DNA from: Adineta vaga
Lineage: Eukaryota > Animalia > Rotifera
Direction: 5' to 3'
Assembly: GCA_021613535.1 (NCBI GenBank)
Contig: CP075492.1
Location: 8,680,001 to 8,744,000, forward strand
Length of the DNA stretch: 64,000 nucleotides
The position numbers and the translations under genes were made by a program. This document shows, in pieces, positions 14,384 to 28,948 of the stretch (within the stretch, counting starts at the first letter, position 1; every line of letters starts with the position of its first letter). Under the pieces are notes generated by a model. It saw nothing but the letters and a program-made list of their open reading frames with translations. It was not told the origin of the DNA and ran no database searches.

Positions 14384-17300
14384 CTAAGACAACGAAGAAT
14401 TCGCAACAATGTTTGCCATATTAATTTGATACATATCTTTAACTAATTGTTCCATATGTGTTTTATCTCCAATTGTTTTCCGAAAGAATAGTTCTTCAAT
14501 TGTTATCGATGATATTGAACGTAAACCAGCAAGTAAATGAAGTAATTTACCGAATCGATGTGGTTGAGAGGGATATTGTTTATTGATATATGTATTTAGT
14601 AAGATTTGAGCTTGTTCTTGTAAATAAGCGATGCTATGAAGATCATGTAATTGTGGATTTGTCATTGTTTGACAATTACTTAGAACAGTTTTAAATAGAA
14701 CAAGACTTTTCAAACAAATAAATTCATTGGCATCGATATCCATATGTTTAAATTTGATTAATAAATCTTGAAAATATTCAATATCTGACTTGAGATTTTC
14801 ATATTTACCTAAAAAGCAATAGTCACATTATTAATATGAAGAAAGTTCAAGTATGTCGAAAGAAATTCTACCTGATTTACTCAGGAGTTCAATATTATTC
14901 AATGAAAATTGTTGTTCAGCAGCAGTTAAAATAAATAAATCACGCCAACCTTCTTCCAATAATGAAAGCTATATAAGAGAGAAAGAGAAAGAATATATAT
15001 ATATTGCTTTTTCAAAAGAATATTTTATATTTATACTTGATCATGATTGGATAGAGAAACAAATGCTGGTACAGTTTTAGCCCAATTAATCGCACTGAAT
15101 AATATTCGAGCAGCAGATTCATGAGCATCAAATGGATGGTCAATAATTGATGTACGTAAATCTAAAGGATATTTTGGTGTTGGATGTATTAATGAAGGAT
15201 TAGTTGGAGTATTATTATAGTCAATTCCATTTGTTGATGATGAAGACGAAGACGATGATAATGGATGATGAAAAGAAGGTGGCATTGGATGAGGACGATG
15301 ATGAAAATGATGTTGTTGATGATATGCACTGATTAAATCACTTGATTCTTTTAATAATAGAGCCATTTGTCGTCGTATTGTTGAATTTCGTGGTCCACGT
15401 TCATGTTGAACAGCTATTGTATATGAAGAAAAAAAAGTAAAAAGTTATTTTTGCTTTAGGTATGTTTTTTCATTTAGTCGTTTGAAGAACTAACACACTT
15501 TGAAGTGGATAAATATTCGATGAAGTAGTGTTGAGTAAGTAAAAGAAAAAACCTGTGTCAAATTTTCTTTCTAAAGCGATTCTGTCTACAACGAAATTAA
15601 AAATAAACAAATACCTTCTTTATTCATTCCAGCTTCTATACATCGTGTTAGACGACAACTTCGACATTGATTACGATGAGTTTTATCAACAGGACAATTG
15701 CCTAAACCATGATTTTTACATACATATTGCCGATTTCGTCGAATGGAACGTTTGAAAAAGCCCGCACATCTATTCAAGAAAGGAAACATATATAGACATA
15801 TGATCTTAATTACAATTAATGAATACATATATAAACGAACGATAGAAACAAAAAAAGCACATACCCTGAATGTTAAGTATTAGTAAATGAGAGAGAAAAG
15901 GAAACTGAAATTTTGAAAACTAAAATATTTAATCGAATGAACTTACCCATCACACGCAAAGATTCCATAATGTTTGCCCGATGAATTATCATGACAGACT
16001 TTACAAGGTACATCTGTCAAGATTCGACCTAGTAAAGAAAAAAGAAAAGGCAAATGTAAAGTTTTATTATTTGAGCAATGTTAATTTACTAGATGTTGTA
16101 TTCATTTGTCGATGTGCGTTCATTGATGAAATAAAAAATTCTGAAATGGATAGGCCACTTTATGTTAAAAGAGAAAAGAGAGAACGACAAAAAGTCGAAC
16201 CACCATTCAGAGAATAGTATGCATACAAAATCAATTCATTGGGTGGTGTTTGATATGTCTATGTATATATATTTCCTTTCTCTTCTCTTCTCTCGTTCTC
16301 TTTCTCTCTTTTCTCTCTATCCATCGAGTTTGGCTCATGACATTCAAAGAAAAAAAGGCAAGTTTATTCTCATTGGTTCGATTGAAAAGAAAAAAAGTCA
16401 ATACAAAGTGAAAATACAATTCATCTTTCGAAAATTTGCTTTGAGTATCCACCCTTTTTCTTTCGAGTTTTTTTGTTACTTTTTATACAGGTAAAATGCC
16501 GAGGCAAAAGTTATAGAGAGAAAATGAAAGTAAGCAAGGTGATTTCATCCTAAATCAACAGAGAATGAAATGAATTTTGTACGTCAATTTTCTAGAGAAG
16601 ACAAAGACGAAGACGAACAGAAAAAAAGTGAGACAAAAACGAAAATATTGAAAAGAAAGATGAGCATGGATACATACATACATACATACATACATGCATG
16701 TTTAGAGACACTTTTAGTCTTATGTGTGAACAATAATTGGTCATTGTCTAAAAGTATATCTCTTAATGATATGTGAAAAAAAAGAGAAAAGAAGACAATA
16801 GGATCGTGAAGATAGTCGACCTCGTCAATCGATAGGTAAATGTCGTTGTCGTCGCCGTCGCTTTCGCATATTCAAGATCCTTGTGCTAAGCTTCACTACT
16901 CATATGATTGTATGATGTAGGTTCCTTTTCTTTCTTCTCGAAGATTTTTATAATCGTCAGTAGACATTTGTGCATGCTCTATTTGCTAAAGAAGAAAATT
17001 ACTATTCGACTATATTACTGGTTCCATTCAATCGACGACCACAAACAAATAAGCGAGGAGGGAGAGAGAAACTACCTGCCTGTCAAAGATTAGTGCCTGT
17101 TACTATTTGAATGACAAAGCGAACGAATGTTGATCGTGCTCGGTCAATATTGCACGCACACACGCGTGTGCATATATTTGTTAGTATGACTTTATTAGTA
17201 TCGATATTCGTAGCGGAATAATCAAGTCAATATAGAAGAAGAAAAAAACGGAGAGGAACTGAATACTAGTCTAAAAGAATATGTATTTCTTTTTTTTGCA

Positions 17301-17572
17301 TTAAGCAGCTTATATGATTGAAGAAGAAGAAGAAGAAGAAGAAGAAAAAAAAAGAAGACACGTACATTGATCGAGGTCGAAGGCAAAAAGGTATCCTTTG
17401 AGATATCAAATTGCTTGTTTCAAATGAAATTTTAGTAGTGATGGACAATGACAAGTCCGACAACAAACAGGGCGGCACAAATTAAAAGAAGAGAAAAAAA
17501 AATTGATCATCATATACCATTGAAATCGGTACGTGTAAGTTTGAGCCCGTAAGAGATCCGCTCTGATGTCAT
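14384..17572 (-). CDS. NR2E1: Tailless/TLX nuclear receptor (NR2E1)
   Basis: C4 zinc fingers [38 protein letters not shown]...[16 protein letters not shown]; T/A-box [19 protein letters not shown]; [12 protein letters not shown]...WAK and [12 protein letters not shown]. Candidate exon 1 (17572-17518, [18 protein letters not shown]) splices in phase to exon 16028-15947 but is less certain than the rest. Confidence 0.93.
17319..17346. repeat. (GAA)n microsatellite in tailless intron 1
   Basis: About nine tandem GAA units. Confidence 0.9.
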
Positions 17573-18879
17573 CTCCTTCTTCTCACTAATCTCCTAACAT
17601 GATCGAACAAGTTCAACAGTATACTTTTTCACAAGGTGACAGTTTGATGAAGACAGTTACATCACATTTGTGTTGATAATTATGTTCAACTTGTTGTTTC
17701 ACAAACAAAAAATAAATCAGCAAAATCAAAAAAATCTCAGATTATTATTTTGTCTGTCAAATAGAACACACATACATACAATCAAACGTGCGTGTCAATA
17801 TGAAATTAGTTATTTGTCAATTTATATATATTCATATATCGAAAGAGATTTTTTGTTTCTTTATTAGTATGTCTGTTATTTGCAAATTGCACTTTGAACG
17901 AATAGACAGACGAACAAGTCTTTTGAAGCGATTGAACGCGTGTATTTAAGAGAAAGTGTTATTTGGTTTGAAATGATTGTTGCCGCTTTGTTGATCACAT
18001 GTGACACATTCTCAATTATTAGATCGATTAAAATACTGATTCAATCTTTGCTCTTACGTAAACATCGATGAATGTGTAAGTGAAAGAGATGAAGAGTTCA
18101 TTCGATATACAAATGAAGTTCAAAGAAAGTTAAAACCGATAGTAGCTAACGTTGATGATGACCTATCGGGAGGATTTAATTTTTGTCACACACATGAAAT
18201 TTGACTTTGTTTCAGGTGAAGAGAAAAAGGATAATCATGGGACATACACGAGCATCATTGTTCAAGTCAACATGTGCATTGGAGAACATGCACGCCTGTA
18301 TGTACATGTGTTATAATCCTTCTTGTTTGTAAGGTGAAAAGGAAATAAAGACAATAGTGATTTAACACAGGAGGGTCAAATCGACCATCCGTCTTTTTCT
18401 CTCTCTATCTCGTTCCCTGTTCAACTAGCCTTGATAAGTGTGTTTAAATGTGCTGATTTATTTCTTCACTCGTTTTGTATTTGACAATCAAACATTCGTT
18501 AAATCACCATATCACTTCTCGATTTTGCCGCTTATTCATTATCAACAATGGTGGTAGGATAGTTTATGTATCTCGCAGGTGGCTATCGTTTGATCCTTCG
18601 ATAGAGAGACAGAGAGAGAGCGCGAAAGAGAAAGAGACACATCTACATTGACAAATTGTTTCACACCGACTAATTGCAGGTGGGTGGAGAGACAAGTGTA
18701 ACGAACAAACTCTCTTCAATTGATTGAAATCATCACTTCATTCTCAAATAAAAAAAAATGATCAACAACTTAAAGATTCTACACTCACTGTCAAGAGAAG
18801 ATTTCAAAAAGGTACCCCTTTCACACCTTTCACGAGCGACACCATCCGATAGAATTGAAACAAAATCGGGAGGAGGATG

Positions 18880-18892
18880 GTTGGGAAGCAAC
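18880..18892 (+). promoter_or_regulatory. RFX X-box-like motif GTTGGGAAGCAAC
   Basis: Good AGCAAC half-site in a GTT...AAC frame, about 75 bp upstream of the radial spoke gene ATG. Confidence 0.4.
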
Positions 18893-18967
18893 ATTGTGGA
18901 AACCATAGATGCATAAGACAGTAGTAAAGAAAGAAACGCAAACATTTTCTGACATATTCCATCAACA

Positions 18968-21040
18968 ATGAGCACAACAATTAATACCTATTTCGAAGGT
19001 TTGGTACCTAACACATAATCTATTTAATTCTAAACATTGATTACATATATAGATCAACAGCAACCAATCGGAACACCAGATATTGGTAATGATGTAGAAA
19101 AAAACTATATCGATGCGAAAGCATTCATTCTATCAACAACAACGAAAGATGGAGTAAATTTGTAAATATATATTTCCCACAGAAATTTATTAGTAGTAAT
19201 TTACTGAAATATTTTTATATTAGATATGATCATCTTGCTCATTGTATAACTCGATTATTAGCTGATCAACCTGGTATTGAATCAATACAAAATGAAAATG
19301 AAAATTTATCTCTAGTTTTGTTTGTAGACAATGGTGCAGATATGCTTGAAGATATCAGTAAAAATATTAAAAGTGAATCTACTCGTCCACAACAAGATAC
19401 ACTTCGAGATCGACCTGCACAAGATACTGAACATATCTTAGCAGAAGAACAAAAACCACTTTTTCAAGTAGATAATCTCTTTCCTATCTTTCGAACATAT
19501 ATATATATATATATACATATATAATTCTATCGAAAAATAGAAAGTTGACAATGCTGAAGAACTCGATGAAGAAGCCATTACAGTCTCCATTACCATATAT
19601 TCTCGAACAAGCGTATTATTTTGAACAATCTGGTATTGGTCTTGGTAAAGATGAATCATATCGGTAACTATAGAATAAAAGAAGTGATTTAAGTTACTTA
19701 AAAATTTTATTTCTCATCTATCTATAGAATTTGGTTGTCGCTTAAGCAACTAGTCGATAAAGGTCACATCGAAAAAATACGTTTTTGGGGTAAACTATTT
19801 GGTACACAGAAAAATTATTACGTCGCTGAAGTTGAACAAAATGTTGATGACGATGAACACGTTGATGAAAATAATAAACCGGAAGAAAATAAAGAATCTA
19901 ATAACGAAGAACTTGAAGGTGAAGAAGATCCATTACCTAAATCAACATTCAAATCACCACCAGTTGTACCAAAAGAAGAACGTGGTACCGGTGTTAATAA
20001 ATACACTTATTACGTTTGCAATCATCGTAAGTTTATACGAATCAAAATACAATATTTCATTTTGATTGTTCTAGCTGGAGCACCATGGATTAAACTACCT
20101 ATTGTCACACCAGCACAAATTGTGCAAGCACGTTTAATAAAACATTTTTTTACTGGAGATTTAAATAAAGAAATTGTGTCGTATCCAGCCTATCCTGGTA
20201 CAGAAAAAAATTATTTACGTGCACAAATAGCTAGAATAAGTGCTGCAACACATGTATCACCTTCTGGAAAATTTCGATTTTCCGAGGTAAACAAAAACAA
20301 ACACCAAGAAATAAATTTAAAATTGTACAGAAAATATTTCATTTTTCTAGGAAGAAGAGGAAGAAGAAGAAAGTGCACGAGAAAATTATCAAGAAAATGA
20401 AGATTTCAAAGGTGCACCACTAGCCGAATTAGTCGACGAAGAATTAAATGGATGGGTAAGATAACTATTGTTGTTTTCCTTAGTCATGATTTATTTTATC
20501 TATTATTAGGTTCATCATGTTCAATATGTTCTCCCGCAGGGTCGAACAAAATGGTGGAATCCAAGTGAGAATGCTGAAAAAGAAGAAGAGGACGAAGATG
20601 AAGATGAAGAAGAAATGAAAGCTGAAACAGAAGAAATCGAACCGGAACAAGGTCCACCACTTCTTACACCAATTGGTGCTGATGCTGAAATTGAAAGTAC
20701 AAAAGCATGGACACCAAAAATATCTTCAACTCTTATTCCACAATATGCTTGTGCATTTCTTCGATCGAATCTTTGGCCTGGTGCTTATGCATTTGCTCGA
20801 GGAATGGCTTGGGAAAATATTTATATTGGTTATGGACATAAATATGTTACAACTGATTATGGACCAGAACTACCACCATTACCAGCTAGTGAATATAACG
20901 ATGGACCAGAAATTGTTGAAGCTGATGATCCGTTACCAGAAGATGAAGCGAAAGCAAAAGCTGCAGAAGAACAAGCAGCTGAAGAAGAAGAGGAAGAGGA
21001 AGAAGAAGAAGATAATGGTGATGACGATGACGATAATTAA
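18968..21040 (+). CDS. RSPH4A: Radial spoke head protein 4/6 homolog
   Basis: AKAFIL...[82 protein letters not shown] and an acidic tail; multiple short introns. RSPH4A versus RSPH6A cannot be resolved. Confidence 0.92.
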
Positions 21041-21437
21041 TATCTTAAAACATAGTTTAAACGTTTTCTTTTTCTTTAATTTTGATTATATATAAATAAG
21101 TTTATTATTAATATGTTCAGTTGTTCTAAAGAAATTTGTAATGAAAAACTACTATTATTCAATACTACGAAAATAATGAACTCTGCTAAAACTTAGATCT
21201 CGGTATATTATCAAACAGAATTCAAGTATATATGTTTTCTATCGATCGGTTGTATAGAGGGCGCTAGTAACGGTGTAGCTATTTGTTATTTGTTATTCAT
21301 ATATTCCAATACATTTCGAATCGAAGACTTTTTTTTTTCATCATCCAGCCAGCTTTTCATTTTCAATCAGTCAGAAGATCATGGAATGACTCAGCATCGT
21401 GATCGTGAGAGAATCAATTAAATTCATTTTCTTTCAG

Positions 21438-23218
<1,781 letters not shown>

Positions 23219-23340
23219 AAATCACACCCGATTTTTCTCCCATTTGTTTTGAATAAAGACTTTTTTTCCAAGAAAAACTAAAATAAATCAAATAGATTAT
23301 ATTTATATTTTCCTTGTTTTCTCTTTTCTTTTCTTGATTG

Positions 23341-23919
23341 ATGTCAACAATACGAGTTCGTTGTTTATTACAACAATGTACCAAAGCTACGTTACGTCTG
23401 CAAGATGATTCAGTAGTCACGGTAAGTCAATTGTATGCAGAAAGAATTGATTTTCTTTTGATTCTTAATCATATTGAAGATCAATCGTGGTATGGTCGTT
23501 TTCGTTGCTTTTCTTAAAGATGCTCAGCTAGAAGATGTGGATAAATTAGGTAGGAATGCTAAAAAATAAAAGTAAAACTCGTCTCTTCAATGGCAAATTT
23601 TGAATATTTAGCAAAAGAACTTACCACTGTCAAATTGTGTGAAAGTGAGAATGGTTCGAAAACAATTGTGGATTTGCCAGGTGATCTTTTGATTATTCCT
23701 CAAGCAACATTGGGTGGTCGTCTTCATTCACATCGATTTCAATATCATCATAATATAAACAAAGATACAGGACAAGAATTTTATGATAAATTTGTATTAA
23801 ATTTACGTGAATTATGTAGTCAAAATAAGGATAATGTTGTTCATGCAGGTTCATATGGAATAAGACAAGTTTATTCAAGTGAAACGAATGGACCAGCAAT
23901 GCATATAATTGAATTCTAA
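23341..23919 (+). CDS. DTD2: D-aminoacyl-tRNA deacylase 2 / Animalia-specific tRNA deacylase (ATD), 3 exons
   Basis: LLQQC near the N-terminus, LPGDLLIIPQATLGGR, QYH, GSYGIRQ, and TNGP..HIIEF at the C-terminus. Confidence 0.9.
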
Positions 23920-23966
23920 TAAAATCGAATTGAATATTTTTCTTCTTTTTCTTTGTAGATGACTGA

Positions 23967-26900
23967 ATGAGATTAACTTCGATTGTATTGAAAGTAGTTA
24001 TGCATCGAGTGCTTAATGTTGCTGAAAAGAATGATGCAGCTAAATCATTAGCTCGTCTTCTTTCCAAAAATTCGACATCTATGGTAAAGAAATCGATTAT
24101 GATGACACATTATTCGTTTTTTTGTATTTCTTTAGCGTGAAGGCTTCTCTAGATTTAATAAAATTTATGAATTTAACTATCAATTATTTAATCGACCGGT
24201 ACAAATGACTTTTACATCCGTATCAGGTCATGTCATGAATTGTGATTTCACTGCAGCACATAATAGTTGGTAGGATATTTCAGTACTGATTCAATCTGTT
24301 GAATTAAATGTAATACTTTTTCTCTCAGGACACAAATAGATCCTGTGGTGTTATTCGATGCTAAAGTTCAAAAGAAAGTCACTGAACGTGCAGCAGATAT
24401 TGAAGTAATATAAGGTTTCTTTTTTTATAAAAATATCATTTGATCAATTTCTTTTAGAAAACACTCAAACGAGAAGTAACTAAATGTGAAACATTAATTA
24501 TATGGACTGATTGCGATCGTGAAGGTGAAAATATCGGATACGAAATCATTAATCTATGTCTATCAGTAAAACCCAATATTAAAGTTTATCGAGCGCGTTT
24601 TTCAGAAATAACTTACAGTAGTGCTTCTCGTGCTCTAGCAAACTTAGTTCAACCAGATGAACGTGTTAGTGCTGCTGTCGATGTTCGTCAAGAATTAGAT
24701 TTACGCATTGGTGCAGCATTTACACGTTTTCAAACGATACGTTTACAACGTTTATTTGGTTTCGATTCGAAACAAGTTATAAGTTATGGTTCATGCCAAT
24801 TTCCAACATTAGGTTTCATTGTTGAACGTTATCTTCAACGAGAAAATTTTATTCGTGAACCATTTTGGAAAATAGCCGTTGAACATCAAACAGAAAATGG
24901 TGAATTTTGTGAATTTACATGGGAAAGAAGTCGTTTATTTGAACATCAGCCATGTTTAATGATTTATGATATGGTTATGGATGAACCTTTAGCTAAAGTC
25001 ATGGATATAAAATCAAAAAATAAATCAAAATGGCGACCCGTAGCACTTGATACAGTTGTATGTACACTTCAAAATAGTGATGAATTTTGTTGAAATATTT
25101 GATTTCTATATGTTAGGAAATGGAAAAATTAGCAAGTCGAAAATTACGCATGACTGGTAAAAAGACAATGGAAATAGCTGAGAAATTGTATATGAAAGGT
25201 TTAATTAGTTATCCACGTACGGAAACAAATATATTTCCAAATGAAATTAATCTTAATCCATTAATTCAAAATCAACTTGGTGATCAACGTTGGGGAGCAT
25301 TTGCTCAACGTGTACTTAATGATGGACCTCAACCACGAAATGGAAAAAATTCTGATAAAGCCCATCCACCGATTCATCCAACACGTTATCCTGATGCACA
25401 ATTAACAGTAAATATGCAATTTCTTTATATTACTATTGTCTACGAGTTCTCTTTTTTTTTTCTTTTGATGAAATAATAGGAAGAAGAAAACAAATTATAC
25501 GAATTAGTTGTTCGACATTTTCTTGCTTGCGTTTCTAAAGATGCTCAAGGTGATGAAACAACAATCAAAATTGATATTGCCAATGAAAAAGTAAGTTTTA
25601 ATTGTTTTCTCTGACGATAATCAATCGTCTACATATCATCTAGTTTCATGCATCTGGTTTAATTATTCGTGAAAGAAATTATCTTGATGTTTATACGTAT
25701 GATAAATGGTCGGAAAAGGTAAGTAGAAAAGCAACGAATAATCTTTGAATAAGTGAAACAAGAAAACAATTTCGTTTGATTTGTAGACATTGCCACTTTA
25801 TGAAATGAATCAAACATTTTATCCAACAAAAATTGAAATGGTTCAAGGTGAAACAACACCACCACAATTATTAACAGAAGCAGATTTAATTGCTCTGATG
25901 GAAAAACATGGCATTGGTAAATATTCATTGAAGTGATTATTTGGTGATATTCTAATAAGCAAATCTAGGTACTGATGCAACACATGCTGAACATATCGCT
26001 AAAATTCAAGAACGAGTATATACAAAAATGAATGCTGAACGAAGATTTGAACCGGAAAAATTAGGACTTGGTTTATGTGAAGGTTATGATAAGATGGGTC
26101 ATGCATTATCTAAACCGTTTCTTCGTTCAGAACTTGAAAGTCAACTTAAAGCGTATGTTCGAAATTGTGTTTTTTCAATAAACTACTCCTTCTTTTTAGA
26201 ATATGTGAAGGAAGAGCTGATCCAACTGGTAAAATCAACATAATTTTCGTTCTATAGAAAAAGCTTTTTTCTATTTCATAGTTGTACTTCGAGAACAAAT
26301 TGATAAATATCGACAAGTCTTCATTGCTACTGCTGGACAAATTCAAAAACTTGATGATGCAATGACAAAATACTTTGGTGCACCAGGACAAAATCCTCCA
26401 CCACCACCTCCGCCACCTCGTCCACCATCATCTGGACCATTCGGAGATCGTACGAATCGAAATCAACCACCAGCTGGAAGAACTAATCCACCAAACCGGT
26501 AATCATGAAAGCTATCTATTGCTGAATTTTATATTTGAAAAAAAAATTTCTACTCTAGACCAGTACAAGCTTCACGTAATAACAATAATAATAATCCACC
26601 CGCTAGGTAATGTCGATTTACTTTGTTGCCACATTATAATTGTATTTAATTTAGACCACCACCGCAACAACCGAATCGTCCTGCTAGGTAAATTATTTAA
26701 TTCGAGTATATGCATATTCCTTCATTTATTCATCTAGACCATTACAACAAGAACAGATTCGTCCGACGAATAATGATGGAGTTCCTAAATGTAATTGTGG
26801 TGTTGATGCAAAAGAACTGACGGTGAAAAAGGGTAATAATTATTTATATCAGATCATGAATCTTCGGAAATAATCTTATTATTATTATTATTATTATTAT

Positions 26901-27288
26901 TTAGATGGTCCAAATAAAGGTCGAGCCTTTTTCCGTTGTGGTAATAATGACGGATGTCAATTTTTTGCTTGGAAGGATGAGTATGTTCATCATAATACTG
27001 ATATACCTGTTGTACAATAACTATAACATTTAATTTTAGTACAACAACGAATCAAATGAATGGTGGTGGTGGTGGTAATGATTATCGACAAGGTGGAAAT
27101 AATCAATCGATTTCGTCTCGTAAACGCCGAAGTTCAGATAATGATGAAGATGGAAAACAACGAAAATGTGGTCTTTGTAAAAAGACGGGTAAAAATTTAT
27201 TGTCTGTCATTTGATGTTCTATTTCATTTTTTTTCTTTTAAAAGGTCACACTCGTCGAAATTGTCCATCGATGAATTCTTTTCTATGA
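23967..27288 (+). CDS. TOP3A: DNA topoisomerase III alpha (second in-frame ATG at 24000)
   Basis: [53 protein letters not shown], catalytic [24 protein letters not shown], a GRF zinc finger and a CCHC knuckle [17 protein letters not shown]. Confidence 0.95.
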
Positions 27289-27507
27289 AATCATGCAATC
27301 TTTTTCTTCTTCTCTGTATCAGATATTTATTTTGTTATTGTTTATGTTCTATTGCAGGGAAAATTGTCAGATAAACAGTATTGTTCTCATTCTTTGTTAT
27401 ATTAATAAAACTAAATGATAGAGTATCGATATTAAACTATATAATAATTTTAATAATTATTGATAGATCCATTCAACTTCTCATTTGTTTAGAACAATTA
27501 GATTAAT

Positions 27508-28077
27508 ATGCTTTCATTACGAACAGGAACAGAATGTATAGAGGGTGAAAAACTTGAACGAAATGCACAAGTTTGTTTTTTACATGGTAGTCATAATGAG
27601 GTAATTGGAAGAAGATAATTCTTCATGAAAACTATTCTATTCTCATTAAACAATAAGAAGAAATTAAGTTTGATTTAAATAAATATCTTCGTCTTTATCT
27701 ATTTGTATCATGTCCACCATATGGATTAGATGTTTATCTATCTGATACAATTAAACAAACAAAATTTGAAGATAAATCATTAAATTCATATGATGAAGAA
27801 GAGCATCACTATTTGAAACTCGACAAAAGTTTTCAAAATCATAAAAGGACTTCAACAATTATTTAATAATCAAATTAGTATTTCACTTATTGAATTGTCT
27901 GGTTTAATTATTCAAACAAATATGTATTTAACTTTCCTATTTCAATATATTTCTATCATATCTGTGAAAAATCGATTAGCATATAATCGATACCCATCAG
28001 AACAGATCAAAAGTACGATATCAACAATATTTTATTCATCACCTAAAGTACTTTCATCAAGTGCCTTGAGAGATTGA
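27508..28077 (+). pseudogene. Possible decayed gene fragments
   Basis: Short coding-like stretches (MLSLRTGTECIEGEKLERNAQVCFLHGSHNE followed by a GT donor; SCPPYGLDVYLSDTIKQTKFEDK) interrupted by stops; no identity. Confidence 0.3.
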
Positions 28078-28948
28078 TTTATGAAGAAATCATTTTAATC
28101 AACGAAACAGACGAGCAGTCATTCTTTTTGTCTTTCATAACAATTTTCTTAGTCCATTCTTGTTTTGTTTTTAGAAACTAGAACGAAACACTCAGTTATT
28201 TATGACTTCTCTTTACATTTATGTTTGCCCTCGAAAAAAGAAATAGTCATTAAAATCCAGGCAAATCTCACTTATTGACACTATTCTATTCTGTAAAAAT
28301 CTTCATCTTATAGAATATCTTCTAGAAACCAAGCCGAACGATGTCAAGAACATAAAATAGCTTTTGTCTCGAGTTACGACTAAGATAAAAAGAATTTAAC
28401 ACTTATATATTTCTCGGTTTAGTCAGGCTATGTTTAAGCATTAATTTAACATTTAGATTTGTTAAAAGAAAAGAAAAGAATAAGTAGAATGCACTTTAAT
28501 TACATTTTAACATTAGCTGATGAAATTAAACAATATCGGTGCTAACAACCGACGTGGAAAAAACAACGCAATACTAATTGATTACAAAACTTTTTATCAA
28601 CATTTAAATGCATATTAATCTCTAATGATCAGATTTACGTAGTTGTTACTTCATTTTCATCTCTCTGTTTTTTTTATATACAATAGAGCTTCAATACATA
28701 CGTATGTTTGCTTTCAAACTTTTCATCGATTAATAAATTGTATTTCCTCGAAGAGTACCGTGGCATCTGAGTACCTAAATAATATATAGATCTATTTTAA
28801 AATGCCATTACTAAATTACTTCAAGGCAAGAGAAGATGTTTTTTTTTTCAAAATATAAAAGAAAAATAAAATGCCCTGTCATATCTAACAGTTGTTGTGC
28901 ATTTTGTTTTAGTTAAAGTCTGCTTCTCTATTTGAATGGTTGCAAGAT

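Noticed and set aside
15981-17867. ORFs within tailless intron 1 and its upstream region
   Set aside because: Derived from purine/pyrimidine tracts and microsatellites; no coding signal.
26876-26901. (ATT)n tract in a TOP3A intron and other simple repeats (TA near 19500, AG near 33900)
   Set aside because: Ordinary microsatellites; no spacer structure, so not CRISPR-like.
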